A stretch of DNA of 64,000 bases. Source: a virus (Duplodnaviria; Caudoviricetes). Below, piece after piece: positions 1 through 9,730 of the stretch. The position numbers and the translations under genes were made by a program. The notes beneath the pieces were generated by a model. It was not told the origin of the DNA. It searched no databases and worked only from the letters and a program-made list of their open reading frames with translations. The first letter of the stretch is position 1. Each line of letters begins with the position of its first letter. Where the stretch lies: positions 1 through 64,000 of IMG/VR virus record IMGVR_UViG_3300046779_001841; one strand, 5' to 3'.

Positions 1-250
1 CTATAAGATAGAATAAGAGAATAGAGAATAGAATAGAATAAGAGAATAAGATAAGAATAAGAGATAAGAATAAGAGATAAGAATAAGAGATAAGATTTAT
101 TGCCAAAGAAGATTAAAGATAAGATTAAAGATAAGAGAATAAGATATTATAGAAGATAAGATTTATCTGCAGTAAAGAGAAAGAAGATGTTTATTGTAGA
201 TTGAAATCTTATAAGAAAGATAAGAATAAGAGAAAGGATAAGAGAAAGAT
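1..250. repeat. Purine-rich low-complexity tandem array (GATAAGA/GAATAAGA-type units)
   Basis: Positions 2-102 contain no C. The 13-mer GAGATAAGAATAA is tandemly repeated at 61-73 and 74-86 with partial copies either side, and degenerate units continue to about 250. Confidence 0.8.
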
Positions 251-881
251 GATTATTGTTCATCATGGATTAGGTGTAACAAAAGGAATAGAAATCTTTA
301 TAGAAGAAAATTCACTTAAACAAGTGAAACCATCTTATGAGAAACTTAATGCAGAAGAAGTTAAGAATTTAGTCGCAGATTTAAAGATCATCTATCCAGA
401 TAAAAATCCTTGTTTAATAGCAGGACCCTTAGATGAAGCTGATCCATCAAATTTAGATACTCTTTTAAAGATAGTAGAAGAACCACTACCAAATACACCT
501 ACTCTTATTTTATGGGCTTATGACTTTGGTTCAGTGCCTTCCACTATTAGATCACGATGTGGTGAAAAATATTGGTTTGCACCAGAACAAGATCATTCTT
601 TATTATCTAAAGCTAATCTTTATTTGGATGCTATCTTGATTGATAGAAACTTCAATGACTTGATTTCTCTTCTTAAAGAAATACCTAAAGGATCTGAACG
701 ATCTTTTATTGATGCTTGTTGTGAATCTCTTCTTAAAAATGAAAGTTTGGAATATTATCAAAATCGTTTTGTTTTATATCCTATCTTTAAACGACATTTG
801 ATGAATAAGAGAATATCTAAACTTAGTTTATATTCTTTAACTGGAGAACTCATTCAATTAGATCGCTCTAATTTCGCTTAG
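249..881 (+). CDS. holB: DNA polymerase III delta-prime-like clamp loader subunit
   Basis: DTLLKIVEEP...LILW...VPSTIRSRC matches the HolB NALLKTLEEP/PTIRSRC motifs. ATG 249 preferred over TTG 201, which lies in the low-complexity tract. Confidence 0.75.
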   Translation: MIIVHHGLGVTKGIEIFIEENSLKQVKPSYEKLNAEEVKNLVADLKIIYPDKNPCLIAGPLDEADPSNLDTLLKIVEEPLPNTPTLILWAYDFGSVPSTIRSRCGEKYWFAPEQDHSLLSKANLYLDAILIDRNFNDLISLLKEIPKGSERSFIDACCESLLKNESLEYYQNRFVLYPIFKRHLMNKRISKLSLYSLTGELIQLDRSNFA

Positions 882-932
882 GATCGATTTTAAAGGTCGT
901 TCCTATATCAACACATACTAAACTTAAAAAGA

Positions 933-1856
933 GTGCTTAAAATGCGTGTTTTTTTAAATGGTGATTTTGAAGATTATAAAAACTTTAAAGTCCAAGAAAC
1001 CAAACAACAAAAAATCTTAGACGGATATGATATAAGAACAGCAGATGCAACAGATAAAGATCTTAATGTAGATCGTTTAATAGAAACATCTATGTTCGAT
1101 TCTTGTCCAATATTGATTATTGTCTATAATGCACATAAACTTAAAAAAGATGATTGTTTAAAAATAGTAGAGTGCGAACCCAATATCGAAGTGATATTGG
1201 TAGGCAATGGCAAATTAAAAGCAGATAAAGGTTTGACCATCCAAACAATAGACATACCAAAAGATTTAAATGACTGGTGTGCAGGATTTATAGTAGATGT
1301 CTTAAAGAAAGAAGATTTAACAATCAAAGAAGATTTGGCAAAAGCAATCGTGTTGAGAGTAGGTACAGATGTTGGTTATCTATACAGAGAGTGCATGAAA
1401 TATAAATATGCTTGTCAAACAAAAGAAGTTCAACCAAAAGAAGTCGCAGGTGTGATGTCTATTTTAGGTGAAGAAGATGGAACAAAAATAATAGATGCAC
1501 TAAAAAGTTTAGATGTTCGTGCAGTCATAAAAAGTATGGATGATTTACAGAGAACAAGAAAAGATGATCCTACAATGTCATTTGTATCTGGATTGCTAAC
1601 ATATAATTTATGTATGTGGTTTGATATAGCTTGTTTAGTAGAACAGGGAAAAGAAGCTAAGAGCATTGCAGAGAGTTTGAAATTAAATTTCTTTGTTGTA
1701 GAAAAATATCATTTACCTTTTGTGAAAAAAATTTCTTTAAAAAAGATAAGTGAACTAATTAAACTAGCAAATGATTGTGAATATTCCGTGTTGAGTGGAG
1801 AAAGAGATACATGGACAAGATTGAAATGTGGGTTTATTAAAATTTTGATTATTTAA
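933..1856 (+). CDS. holA: DNA polymerase III delta-like clamp loader subunit
   Basis: About 300 aa. IVLRVGTDVGYLYRECMKY resembles the HolA lid motif, the C-terminal region is helical and collar-like, and the gene is adjacent to the holB-like gene. Confidence 0.65.
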   Translation: MLKMRVFLNGDFEDYKNFKVQETKQQKILDGYDIRTADATDKDLNVDRLIETSMFDSCPILIIVYNAHKLKKDDCLKIVECEPNIEVILVGNGKLKADKGLTIQTIDIPKDLNDWCAGFIVDVLKKEDLTIKEDLAKAIVLRVGTDVGYLYRECMKYKYACQTKEVQPKEVAGVMSILGEEDGTKIIDALKSLDVRAVIKSMDDLQRTRKDDPTMSFVSGLLTYNLCMWFDIACLVEQGKEAKSIAESLKLNFFVVEKYHLPFVKKISLKKISELIKLANDCEYSVLSGERDTWTRLKCGFIKILII

Positions 1857-1935
1857 TATCTTCTCTTGTATTTTACATTAAGCCTTTTTGAATTGGTTTA
1901 ATAGTAAAATACATAGCTGGAGAAAAAGAGAAAAA

Positions 1936-3654
1936 ATGTTAAGTTTTTCAGATCATGCGATAAGTCTGTTATCGAATTATTATATGGTGGATGGTGAAAC
2001 CGATCCAAAAGATGCTTTAAAAAGAGCAAGTTTTGCATTTTGTTGTGGTGATGAACCACTGGCAAATCGTATATACGAATATGCTTTAAATGGTTGGTTT
2101 ATGTTTTCAAGTCCAATTTTATCTAATGCAAGACTAGATGATGATAAAAAAGCAGGATTACCTATATCTTGTTTTTTGTCTTATGTAGAAGATTCATTAG
2201 AAGGTCTTATTGATCATTCAAATGAATTAAGATGGATGAGTGTTTTAGGTGGTGGTGTTGGTGGTCATTGGTCTAATGTAAGATCAGTATCTGATAAATC
2301 ACCAGGACCCATTCCATTTATCAAGACGATTGATAGTGATGTAGAAGCCTATCGTCAAGGTAAAACTCGTAAAGGTAGCTATGCTTGTTATTTAGATGTC
2401 AGTCATCCAGATATTCTTGAATTTCTAAATATTCGTGTGCCTACTGGTGGTGATACTAATAGAAAGTGTTTCAATTTAAACAATGCAGTCAATCTTACAG
2501 ATGCTTTTATGACTGCAGTAATAGAAAACAAAGAATGGAATTTAATAGATCCACATTCTAAACAAGTTAAAGAAACACTACAAGCAAGAGATTTATGGCA
2601 AAGAATTTTAGAAGTGAGATTTAGAACAGGCGAACCTTATTTCTTTTTTAGTGATACTGCAAATAAACATTTACCACAAACACTCAAAGATAAGGGTTTA
2701 AAAATTCATGGTTCAAACCTGTGCAATGAGATTTTTTTGCCAACAAGTAAAGATAGAAGTGCAGTGTGTTGTCTATCAAGTTTAAATCTTGAATATTTTG
2801 ATGAATGGAAAGAAACAACTATTATTGAAGATTGCATAACATTCTTGGACAATGTTCTTCAGTATTTTATTGATAATGCACCAAAGCATTTACATAAAGC
2901 GATTTATTCTGCAATACAAGAAAGATCTTTAGGTTTAGGTGCGATGGGTTTTCATTCTTATTTACAAAGAAAGAATATTGCATTTGAATCACCTATTGCC
3001 AAAGGTGTGAATAAAAGAATATTTTCTCTTATCAAAGAAAGAGCAGTTAAACAAACAGAAGTCTTAGCTAAAGAAAGAGGTGAGTATTTAGATGGAATTG
3101 GTTCGGGTAGAAGAAATAGTCATTTACTCGCTATTGCACCTAATGCAAATTCTGCAGTTATCTTAGATACTTCACCAAGCATTGAACCCTGGAAATCAAA
3201 TGCTTTTACACATAGAACAAGAGCAGGTTCTTTTTTATCTAAGAACAAATATCTGGATAAAATCTTGTTAGATATGAAAATGCCAAAAGAAGAATATGAT
3301 GCGATTTGGCAATCTATTATTCTTAATCAAGGTTCTGTGCAACATTTAGATTGTCTTAGAGAATATCAAAAGAATGTATTTAAGACTGCATTTGAATTAG
3401 ATCAAATGTGGCTTATTGAACATGGTGCGGATAGACAAGAGTTTATTTGTCAAGGTCAATCTTTAAATCTGTTTTTTCCAGCTGGTAGTGATAAGGCTTA
3501 TGTAAATGCAGTACATTTAATGGCATGGAAAAAAGGATTGAAAGGTTTGTATTATCTAAGAACCAATACTGGTGTTGTAGCTGAAAAAGTTTCAACCAAG
3601 ATAGAAAGAAAAGCACTTAAAGATTATGATGAGTGCATTGCGTGTCAAGGATAA
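1936..3654 (+). CDS. nrdA: Class Ia ribonucleotide reductase alpha subunit (short form, no ATP cone evident)
   Basis: FSSPILSN, PISCF, GSNLCNEI, VCCLSSLN, AIAPNANS, LYYLR and a C-terminal CIACQG. ATG 1936 used. Confidence 0.95.
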   Translation: MLSFSDHAISLLSNYYMVDGETDPKDALKRASFAFCCGDEPLANRIYEYALNGWFMFSSPILSNARLDDDKKAGLPISCFLSYVEDSLEGLIDHSNELRWMSVLGGGVGGHWSNVRSVSDKSPGPIPFIKTIDSDVEAYRQGKTRKGSYACYLDVSHPDILEFLNIRVPTGGDTNRKCFNLNNAVNLTDAFMTAVIENKEWNLIDPHSKQVKETLQARDLWQRILEVRFRTGEPYFFFSDTANKHLPQTLKDKGLKIHGSNLCNEIFLPTSKDRSAVCCLSSLNLEYFDEWKETTIIEDCITFLDNVLQYFIDNAPKHLHKAIYSAIQERSLGLGAMGFHSYLQRKNIAFESPIAKGVNKRIFSLIKERAVKQTEVLAKERGEYLDGIGSGRRNSHLLAIAPNANSAVILDTSPSIEPWKSNAFTHRTRAGSFLSKNKYLDKILLDMKMPKEEYDAIWQSIILNQGSVQHLDCLREYQKNVFKTAFELDQMWLIEHGADRQEFICQGQSLNLFFPAGSDKAYVNAVHLMAWKKGLKGLYYLRTNTGVVAEKVSTKIERKALKDYDECIACQG

Positions 3655-3659
3655 ACAAA

Positions 3660-3869
3660 ATGTTAAAAATCGTATCTGCATTATTACTTTATGATCTCAA
3701 TCACTTATATTTAGATTCATTAGATATGAATGTAGATGAAGTGGATTTAACACAACCAGTAGTCATTTCAAGACAAGATGGTAAAATTGTATCTGGAGAA
3801 AAAGTTTTATTAAAAGTTTTAAGATCCAAAGATTTAGTGAATGTTTATTTTAAATATGATGATGAGTAA
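3660..3869 (+). CDS. Hypothetical protein
   Basis: 69-aa ORF with AAGGA upstream, packed between nrdA and methyltransferase 1. Confidence 0.55.
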   Translation: MLKIVSALLLYDLNHLYLDSLDMNVDEVDLTQPVVISRQDGKIVSGEKVLLKVLRSKDLVNVYFKYDDE

Positions 3870-3921
3870 GCATTTTTAATATAAATATGTAAAATACATT
3901 TTTTACTCAAAAAGGACAATA

Positions 3922-5031
3922 ATGTTAAGTTATATCTCTTTATTCAGTTGTGGTGGTGTTGGATGCTATGGATTTAAACAACAAGGTTTTGAATGTATCG
4001 CAACTAATGAACTACTTGAAAAAAGGCTAAACATTCAAAAAGCAAACAAGAAATGCAAATATGAAACAGGGTATCTTGGTGGTTCGATTTCAGATCAAAA
4101 AACTAAAGATTTGATCTATCAAGAGATTGAATATTGGAAAGAGCATGAAGGATTAAAAGAAGTAGATGTAGTGATAGCGACACCACCTTGTCAAGGTATG
4201 TCTGTTATGAACCATAAGAAGAAAGGAAAAGAAATTCCTAGAAACAGTTTAGTAGTAGAGGCTATTAAAATGGTAGAGATGGTTAAACCTAAATTTTTTA
4301 TCTTTGAAAATGTACCTCCTTTTTTAACATCTACTTGTTTAGACATAGACAATGAAATTAAACCTATACCACTAGCGATTAAAAACCATTTAGGTGAAGA
4401 ATATGATATTATTTTTGAGAAAGTAAATTTTTTAGCCTATGGTTCAAATTCTTCAAGAATTAGATGTTTAACAATAGGTAAAAGAAGGGATTTACAGAAA
4501 TCTTTTTTTGATTCTATTAGTTTAGATGACTTCTTAAAAAAACAAAAACCTAAAACAATAAGAGAATGTATAGGTCATTTGCCATCACAAGATGGCGGTG
4601 TGTATTATGAAAATGATTTGCTACATTATAGCAATAAATTACCTGATCATCATCTTTTTTGGTTTGAGAAAGTAAAAGAAGGACAAACAGCATTTGAACA
4701 AGAAGATGTTTCAAGAAGACCAAATGTGACAAATATCTTAAGTGGTAAATTTTTTAGATGTTATTGGGGTAAACCTGCACATTGTGTTCATACTATTTCA
4801 AGAAGTTTAGGTAGTCAATATACTGGGCATCCTAAAGACAATAGAACTTTTTCAATTAGAGAACTTATGATATTTCAAACAATACCAGATGAATTTAAAT
4901 GGTTTGAAGAAGAAATGACTAAAGAGAATGTAAAAAAATACAATCATAATATTAGGGAATGTATTGGTGAATCTGTACCAACTGCAATTTTTAGTCAGAT
5001 TGCACAAAACATTAAGAGTATGTTATGTTAA
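3922..5031 (+). CDS. DNA (cytosine-5)-methyltransferase 1
   Basis: Motif I FSCGGVG, motif IV ATPPCQG, motif VI FENV, motif VIII SRIR and motif X IGESVP. Confidence 0.92.
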   Translation: MLSYISLFSCGGVGCYGFKQQGFECIATNELLEKRLNIQKANKKCKYETGYLGGSISDQKTKDLIYQEIEYWKEHEGLKEVDVVIATPPCQGMSVMNHKKKGKEIPRNSLVVEAIKMVEMVKPKFFIFENVPPFLTSTCLDIDNEIKPIPLAIKNHLGEEYDIIFEKVNFLAYGSNSSRIRCLTIGKRRDLQKSFFDSISLDDFLKKQKPKTIRECIGHLPSQDGGVYYENDLLHYSNKLPDHHLFWFEKVKEGQTAFEQEDVSRRPNVTNILSGKFFRCYWGKPAHCVHTISRSLGSQYTGHPKDNRTFSIRELMIFQTIPDEFKWFEEEMTKENVKKYNHNIRECIGESVPTAIFSQIAQNIKSMLC

Positions 5032-6155
5032 GTTATATTTCTTTATTCAGTTGTGGTGGTGTTGGATGTTTTGGTTTCAAACAACAAGGTTTTGAATGTA
5101 TCGCAACTAATGAGATCGAACTTAAAAGACTTAATATTCAAAAAGCAAATAAGAAATGTAAATATGAAACAGGTTATGTTAGTGGTGATATAACTTTAGA
5201 TGAAACTAAATCTCAAATATTCAAAGAGATCGAGTATTGGAAAGAACACGATGGCTTAAAAGAAGTGGATGTTGTGATAGCGACGCCACCTTGTCAAGGT
5301 ATGTCATTATCGAATACTCTAAAGAAAGATGAAACTGATAGAAATAGTTTAGTGGTAGAAGCTATAAAAATGGTAGAGATGATTAAACCTAAATTTTTTA
5401 TCTTTGAAAATGTTCCTGCTTTTCCTTTAACACCTTGTTTAGATACAGACAATACTTTTAAACCAATTAATGTTGCAATACACGAACATCTAAATTCAAA
5501 TTATAATATTGTCTTTGAACAAATCAATTTCTTGGACTATGGTTCAAATTCTGCAAGAAATAGATGTTTAACTTTAGGTGTGAGAAAAGATATGCTTGAC
5601 CAGGATTGTATATTTCAAGATATTAATCTTTTACCTAAGAAACAAAAACCAAAAACAATAAGAGAATGTATTGGACATCTAAAATCTCTAGGTAGAGATG
5701 AGTGGGATGTTAAGGATCTTTTTCATTTTGCATCTAGTGTTTCAGATGAGCATTATTATTGGATAGAAAAAGTAAAAGAAGGTCAATCTGCATTTAATCA
5801 AGATGATGAAACTAGAAGACCGCCTACAACATCATCTAATGAGTGGGCAAATAGAAGATTTGTTAGAGCATATTGGAATAAACCAAGTAACACTATACTC
5901 ACCAATAGTAAAACTTTGACATCTCAAGGTCAAATACATCCAAAAGATCATCGACCATTCTCAATTAGAGAAGTGATGATATTTCAAACAATACCTGAAG
6001 ATTTTATTTGGATTGATGGTGAAATCACTAAAGATAAAATCTTGAAAAATGAAACTCTTATTCGAGCCTGTATAGGCGAATCTGTACCAACTGCAATCTT
6101 TAATCAGATTGCACAAAATATAAAAACAAGAAAGGCAGTTTGGCAAAATGAGTAA
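5025..6155 (+). CDS. DNA (cytosine-5)-methyltransferase 2 (paralog of MTase 1)
   Basis: Same motifs (FSCGGVG, PPCQG, ENV, ARNR, IGESVP). Near-identical N-terminus to MTase 1 and a divergent target-recognition region. Confidence 0.92.
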   Translation: MLSYISLFSCGGVGCFGFKQQGFECIATNEIELKRLNIQKANKKCKYETGYVSGDITLDETKSQIFKEIEYWKEHDGLKEVDVVIATPPCQGMSLSNTLKKDETDRNSLVVEAIKMVEMIKPKFFIFENVPAFPLTPCLDTDNTFKPINVAIHEHLNSNYNIVFEQINFLDYGSNSARNRCLTLGVRKDMLDQDCIFQDINLLPKKQKPKTIRECIGHLKSLGRDEWDVKDLFHFASSVSDEHYYWIEKVKEGQSAFNQDDETRRPPTTSSNEWANRRFVRAYWNKPSNTILTNSKTLTSQGQIHPKDHRPFSIREVMIFQTIPEDFIWIDGEITKDKILKNETLIRACIGESVPTAIFNQIAQNIKTRKAVWQNE

Positions 6156-7122
6156 ATTATTAGAACCAACATTAACATATAAACCTTTTCATTATGCTTG
6201 GGCTATGGAATATGCAGAAAAGCATGAAAAAATTCATTGGGGAACTTGGGAAGCTAAACTCCAAGAAGATGTTAAACAATGGAAAAATGGTGGTCTTACA
6301 GACCAAGAAAGAAAACATATCACTTCTATTCTTAGAATTTTCACACAAAGTGATTGTGCAGTTGCTGGAAATTATTGCGATCAATTTATTCCTGTTTTCA
6401 AGAATAATGAAATCAGGAATATGTTATTAAGTTTTGCCAATCGTGAAGGCACACACCAAAGAGCATATGCTTTATTGAATGATACTTTAGGTTTGGCAGA
6501 AGAAGAATATTCAAGTTTCTTGTCATATACAGAAATGAAAAATAAAATTGAGTTTATGCAAGAAACAGGTATTCATAATGATCATCCTACTTTAAAAGCG
6601 ATAGGTACTTCTTTAGCACAATCTGTATGTAATGAAGGTATGAGTTTGTTTTCTGCTTTTGTGATGCTTTTAAATTATCAGCGATTTGGTAAAATGAAAG
6701 GTATGTGTGAAATTGTTGAATGGTCGATCAAGGATGAAAGCCTTCATGTAGAAGCAATGACAAAATTGTTTCAAACTTTTTGTGAAGAAAACCCAAGAGT
6801 GGTCAATAATGAATTGAAGAAGCAAATCTATACTAACTTTACTAGAGCAGTCGAATTAGAAGATGCTTTGGTAGATTTGATTTATGAGAATGATGAGAAT
6901 GAGATTTGCACTTTGAAAGGTAAAGACATCAAAACCTATATTAGGTATCTTGCAGATCGTAGATTATTACAATTAGGATTGAAACCTATTTTTGAACAAA
7001 AAGAAAATCCATTGGAATGGTTGGATTGGATTGTATCTGGTGATAGTTTCAAGAATTTTTTTGAAGGTGTAGTAACAGATTACAATGCGAGTGGAATGAC
7101 AGGTGAGTGGGGTTGGGATTAA
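6148..7122 (+). CDS. nrdB: Class Ia ribonucleotide reductase beta subunit
   Basis: FTQSD, EGTHQRAY, EGMSLFSAF, IKDESLH di-iron motifs and a C-terminal NFFE. Confidence 0.95.
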   Translation: MSKLLEPTLTYKPFHYAWAMEYAEKHEKIHWGTWEAKLQEDVKQWKNGGLTDQERKHITSILRIFTQSDCAVAGNYCDQFIPVFKNNEIRNMLLSFANREGTHQRAYALLNDTLGLAEEEYSSFLSYTEMKNKIEFMQETGIHNDHPTLKAIGTSLAQSVCNEGMSLFSAFVMLLNYQRFGKMKGMCEIVEWSIKDESLHVEAMTKLFQTFCEENPRVVNNELKKQIYTNFTRAVELEDALVDLIYENDENEICTLKGKDIKTYIRYLADRRLLQLGLKPIFEQKENPLEWLDWIVSGDSFKNFFEGVVTDYNASGMTGEWGWD

Positions 7123-7510
7123 GTGTCAATAATCTATTGATATTCTATTCTTTAAGAAACAAACATTCTTAAAGGATTTCAAATATGTATTTTTCAAAAA
7201 GATCCAGTCTTCAAGCAAGACTTGCTATGATTAATAATCAATTTTCTATCTCTAAAAAGTCCAGCGGAAATAAAAATCAATTTGTCTTAGATTTGGAAAA
7301 AATATTTAAAAAACCATTTTTTCCATATCGCAACGGCTTTAGTCTATCAATTAAAGTTCCATTTGGTCTTTTTCAACTAGTAGTGCAAGAACATAATAAT
7401 AAATATGATGTTACTGTTATTGATACTGAATATGGGGATGAATACACCTTAAAAGGTTTTAAAGAAAACGAAGTTCAAGAATTTATTAAACAATGGAAGA
7501 AAAAAGAAGG
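7113..7510 (+). repeat. About 400-bp direct repeat, copy 1 (copy 2 at 7834-8229)
   Basis: Runs from TTGGGATTAAGT (end of nrdB) through the upstream region and most of the small gene to AAAAAGAAGG, highly similar in both copies. Confidence 0.9.
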
Positions 7511-7550
7511 CTTCTTTAATTGGTTATTTATGTTTTCAAACATTGTATGA
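7185..7550 (+). CDS. Leader-family small protein (MYFSKRSSLQARLAMI), paralog A
   Basis: AAGGA RBS, a variant of the shared N-terminal leader, and paralogy to 7904-8236. Confidence 0.8.
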   Translation: MYFSKRSSLQARLAMINNQFSISKKSSGNKNQFVLDLEKIFKKPFFPYRNGFSLSIKVPFGLFQLVVQEHNNKYDVTVIDTEYGDEYTLKGFKENEVQEFIKQWKKKEGFFNWLFMFSNIV

Positions 7551-7562
7551 AAAGCAACTATA

Positions 7563-7658
7563 TTTATTTTAGAGTAATTTTGTTCCTGTTTGTTTCTCAA
7601 AGATTTTTGCCATTTCTTGACCATCTACACCTAGAAACACTTTTTTGATTTTAGGTGT
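7563..7658 (-). pseudogene. Orphan 3' fragment of the gene at 8503-8865
   Basis: 96 bp matching 8497-8592 with 3 mismatches. Encodes TPKIKKVFLGVDGQEMAKIFEKQTGTKLL plus stop, with no 5' part. Confidence 0.8.
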
Positions 7659-7821
7659 GAGATTTCATTGGGGTATAGATGAAGATATGTATGGTGATGT
7701 AAATCTTGGTATGCCAAGATTTACAGGTGATGCGAAAACTTGGGGATTTGAGAGAACATTTGAGCAAATAGAAAAAGATGTAAAAGAACAGATGTGGCAG
7801 ATTAAAACATACCACTCTTAA
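7657..7821 (+). CDS. Short ORF or gene remnant (VRFHWGIDEDMYG...TYHS)
   Basis: 54-codon open frame from GTG with coding-like composition, starting exactly at the junction of the duplicated fragment. No clear RBS. Confidence 0.3.
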   Translation: MRFHWGIDEDMYGDVNLGMPRFTGDAKTWGFERTFEQIEKDVKEQMWQIKTYHS

Positions 7822-7833
7822 CAGTGATATGTT

Positions 7834-8229
7834 TTGGGATTAAGTCAATATTCTATTGATATTCTCTTCTTTAAGAAACAAACATTCTTAAAGGATTTCA
7901 AATATGTATTTTTCAAAAAGATCCAGTCTTCAAGCAAGACTTGCTATGATTAATAATCAATTTTCTATCTCTAAAAAGTCCAGCGAAGATAAAAACCAAT
8001 TTGTCTTAGGTTTGGAAGAAATATTAAAAAAAGAATTTAAACAAGATCGCAATGGCTTTAGTCTATCAATTAAAGTTCCATTTGGTCTTTTTCAACTAGC
8101 AGTTCAAGAACATAATAATAAATATGATGTTACTGTTACTGATATTCAATATGGTTATGGATACACTTTAAAAGGTTTTAAAGAAAACGAAGTTCAAGAA
8201 TTTATTAAACAATGGAAGAAAAAAGAAGG
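7834..8229 (+). repeat. About 400-bp direct repeat, copy 2
   Basis: Matches 7113-7510 with a 2-bp indel upstream of the gene and clustered substitutions inside it. Confidence 0.9.
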
Positions 8230-8236
8230 TGCTTAG
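7904..8236 (+). CDS. Leader-family small protein, paralog B
   Basis: First 27 aa identical to 7185-7550, with diverged internal patches. Confidence 0.8.
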   Translation: MYFSKRSSLQARLAMINNQFSISKKSSEDKNQFVLGLEEILKKEFKQDRNGFSLSIKVPFGLFQLAVQEHNNKYDVTVTDIQYGYGYTLKGFKENEVQEFIKQWKKKEGA

Positions 8237-8280
8237 ATTTTTTATTGTATCTTTCTCTTAAAAAAGAAAGGTGTCTTAAA

Positions 8281-8511
8281 ATGAAATTACTCGAACCAAG
8301 AGAACATTTTGATCATTGTATTACTGGTCTAAATCATGAAAACACTAAAGCTATTTACGATATAGATAAAGTTATTGAAAAAATAATGTATCTGCAGGAA
8401 ATTGATTATGATGATGCAGTCGATTGGTTTGGTTATAATACTATTAGTGCTTTTGATCCAACAGATGAAGAAGCACCGATCTTTATGTATACCGATTTTA
8501 TTTTAGAGTAA
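8281..8511 (+). CDS. Conserved phage hypothetical protein
   Basis: AAAGGT RBS. The pattern FDHCITG...IYDIDKVIE...DAVDWFGYN...APIF is typical of an unnamed phage family. Confidence 0.7.
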   Translation: MKLLEPREHFDHCITGLNHENTKAIYDIDKVIEKIMYLQEIDYDDAVDWFGYNTISAFDPTDEEAPIFMYTDFILE

Positions 8512-8865
8512 TTTTGTTCCTGTTTGTTTCTCAAAGATTTTTGCCATTTCTTGACCATCTACACCTAGATACATCTTTTTGATTTTAGGTGTAGTTCCTT
8601 TAAGTGGATTGTAAAATTTCAAATCAAATAATCCATCATCATTTAATTCTATTCTAACATTATCTACACCTTTTCCAAAAATAAGCGGTGTCTGTATCAT
8701 CACACCTTTTCCATTTTGAGTTGGTAGAATTGACATACCTGTGGCCGCTAAAATAGATGCTTCACCACCTAAAGTATCTAAAATGACTTGTGCAGATTCA
8801 CTCATACCTGCAAACTTCAATTTAGCTAAACGAGTTTGAAGGGAAGATAGCTTTCTATTAAACAT
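8503..8865 (-). CDS. Leader-family protein (MFNRKLSSLQTRLAKLKFAG) with a phage hypothetical domain
   Basis: Leader variant, AAGGA RBS, body ILDTLGG...FEKQTG. Confidence 0.8.
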   Translation of the reverse strand: MFNRKLSSLQTRLAKLKFAGMSESAQVILDTLGGEASILAATGMSILPTQNGKGVMIQTPLIFGKGVDNVRIELNDDGLFDLKFYNPLKGTTPKIKKMYLGVDGQEMAKIFEKQTGTKLL

Positions 8866-8924
8866 GATGTTTTATCCTTTTGAAAAAAGTTTGTTTTCAA
8901 AAAGAAAAGATTATTTAAAGTTTA

Positions 8925-9719
8925 TTAATCTTCCCAATCATTTTCTGCTTCAGACATTGCACCCCATTTAGTCATGTGTAATTCACTCACACCACCAGCA
9001 GGTCTTTCTGCAATTCTCTTGTGATGTATTTCTTGTTTCAAATTTAAAAAGATACCTGCAAAAGTCTTACTCCATTCTTTGGTTCTTAATCCATTTAAAC
9101 CATAATCCATCCATACTTGTCTAAACACTGGATTTTCAAAACCATCTAATTGATGATATTGATAACCTAACTTATCTAACTTATCTAGGATCAAACTTTC
9201 AAATTTAGTTTCATCATCAAATTCATTAGTTTTGCTAAACAATGGTATGATATGTGTTTCCAAATCACTAAGAATAGATACAAACATTGCTTTCTCTTTA
9301 TTGAGATCTGAAATAATATCTTTCTCAAAATTTGCATTTGGAATATTCCATTTTTGAGCAAGACTACTATATTCATTTTTAGCTTTGTCTGGATCAATCT
9401 CATATATAGTCTTTACTTGAGATTGAACATATTCTGCATTAGTGGAAATATACCAATTTGTAATCTCAATATGTTTCTTATTATTGAGATTAGTAATTTG
9501 AAAACCATCTGCAACATCTTCACAATTATTCTTGTCAAAGATAGAACATGGTATTCTTGAAATTTCATTTGCTTTAGGTGTTTCAGTAAATTTTGAAAGT
9601 TCTAAAGTCAATTTTCTTTTTTCTATTGAACCACCATTATACAATTCATCTGCAAGACTTGGCAAATGCCATATCTTTGCTGGATTTAATCTGCCATTTG
9701 TTATTTGTTTGCTAAACAT
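8925..9719 (-). CDS. Hypothetical protein
   Basis: 264-aa ORF with GGAG RBS, second gene downstream of the 32-bp motif at 10144-10175. Confidence 0.75.
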   Translation of the reverse strand: MFSKQITNGRLNPAKIWHLPSLADELYNGGSIEKRKLTLELSKFTETPKANEISRIPCSIFDKNNCEDVADGFQITNLNNKKHIEITNWYISTNAEYVQSQVKTIYEIDPDKAKNEYSSLAQKWNIPNANFEKDIISDLNKEKAMFVSILSDLETHIIPLFSKTNEFDDETKFESLILDKLDKLGYQYHQLDGFENPVFRQVWMDYGLNGLRTKEWSKTFAGIFLNLKQEIHHKRIAERPAGGVSELHMTKWGAMSEAENDWED

Positions 9720-9730
9720 CTTTTACTCCT

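Noticed and set aside
1936-7122. Introns or inteins in nrdA/nrdB
   Set aside because: Both ORFs are continuous and of expected length. The intervening DNA consists of ordinary genes.
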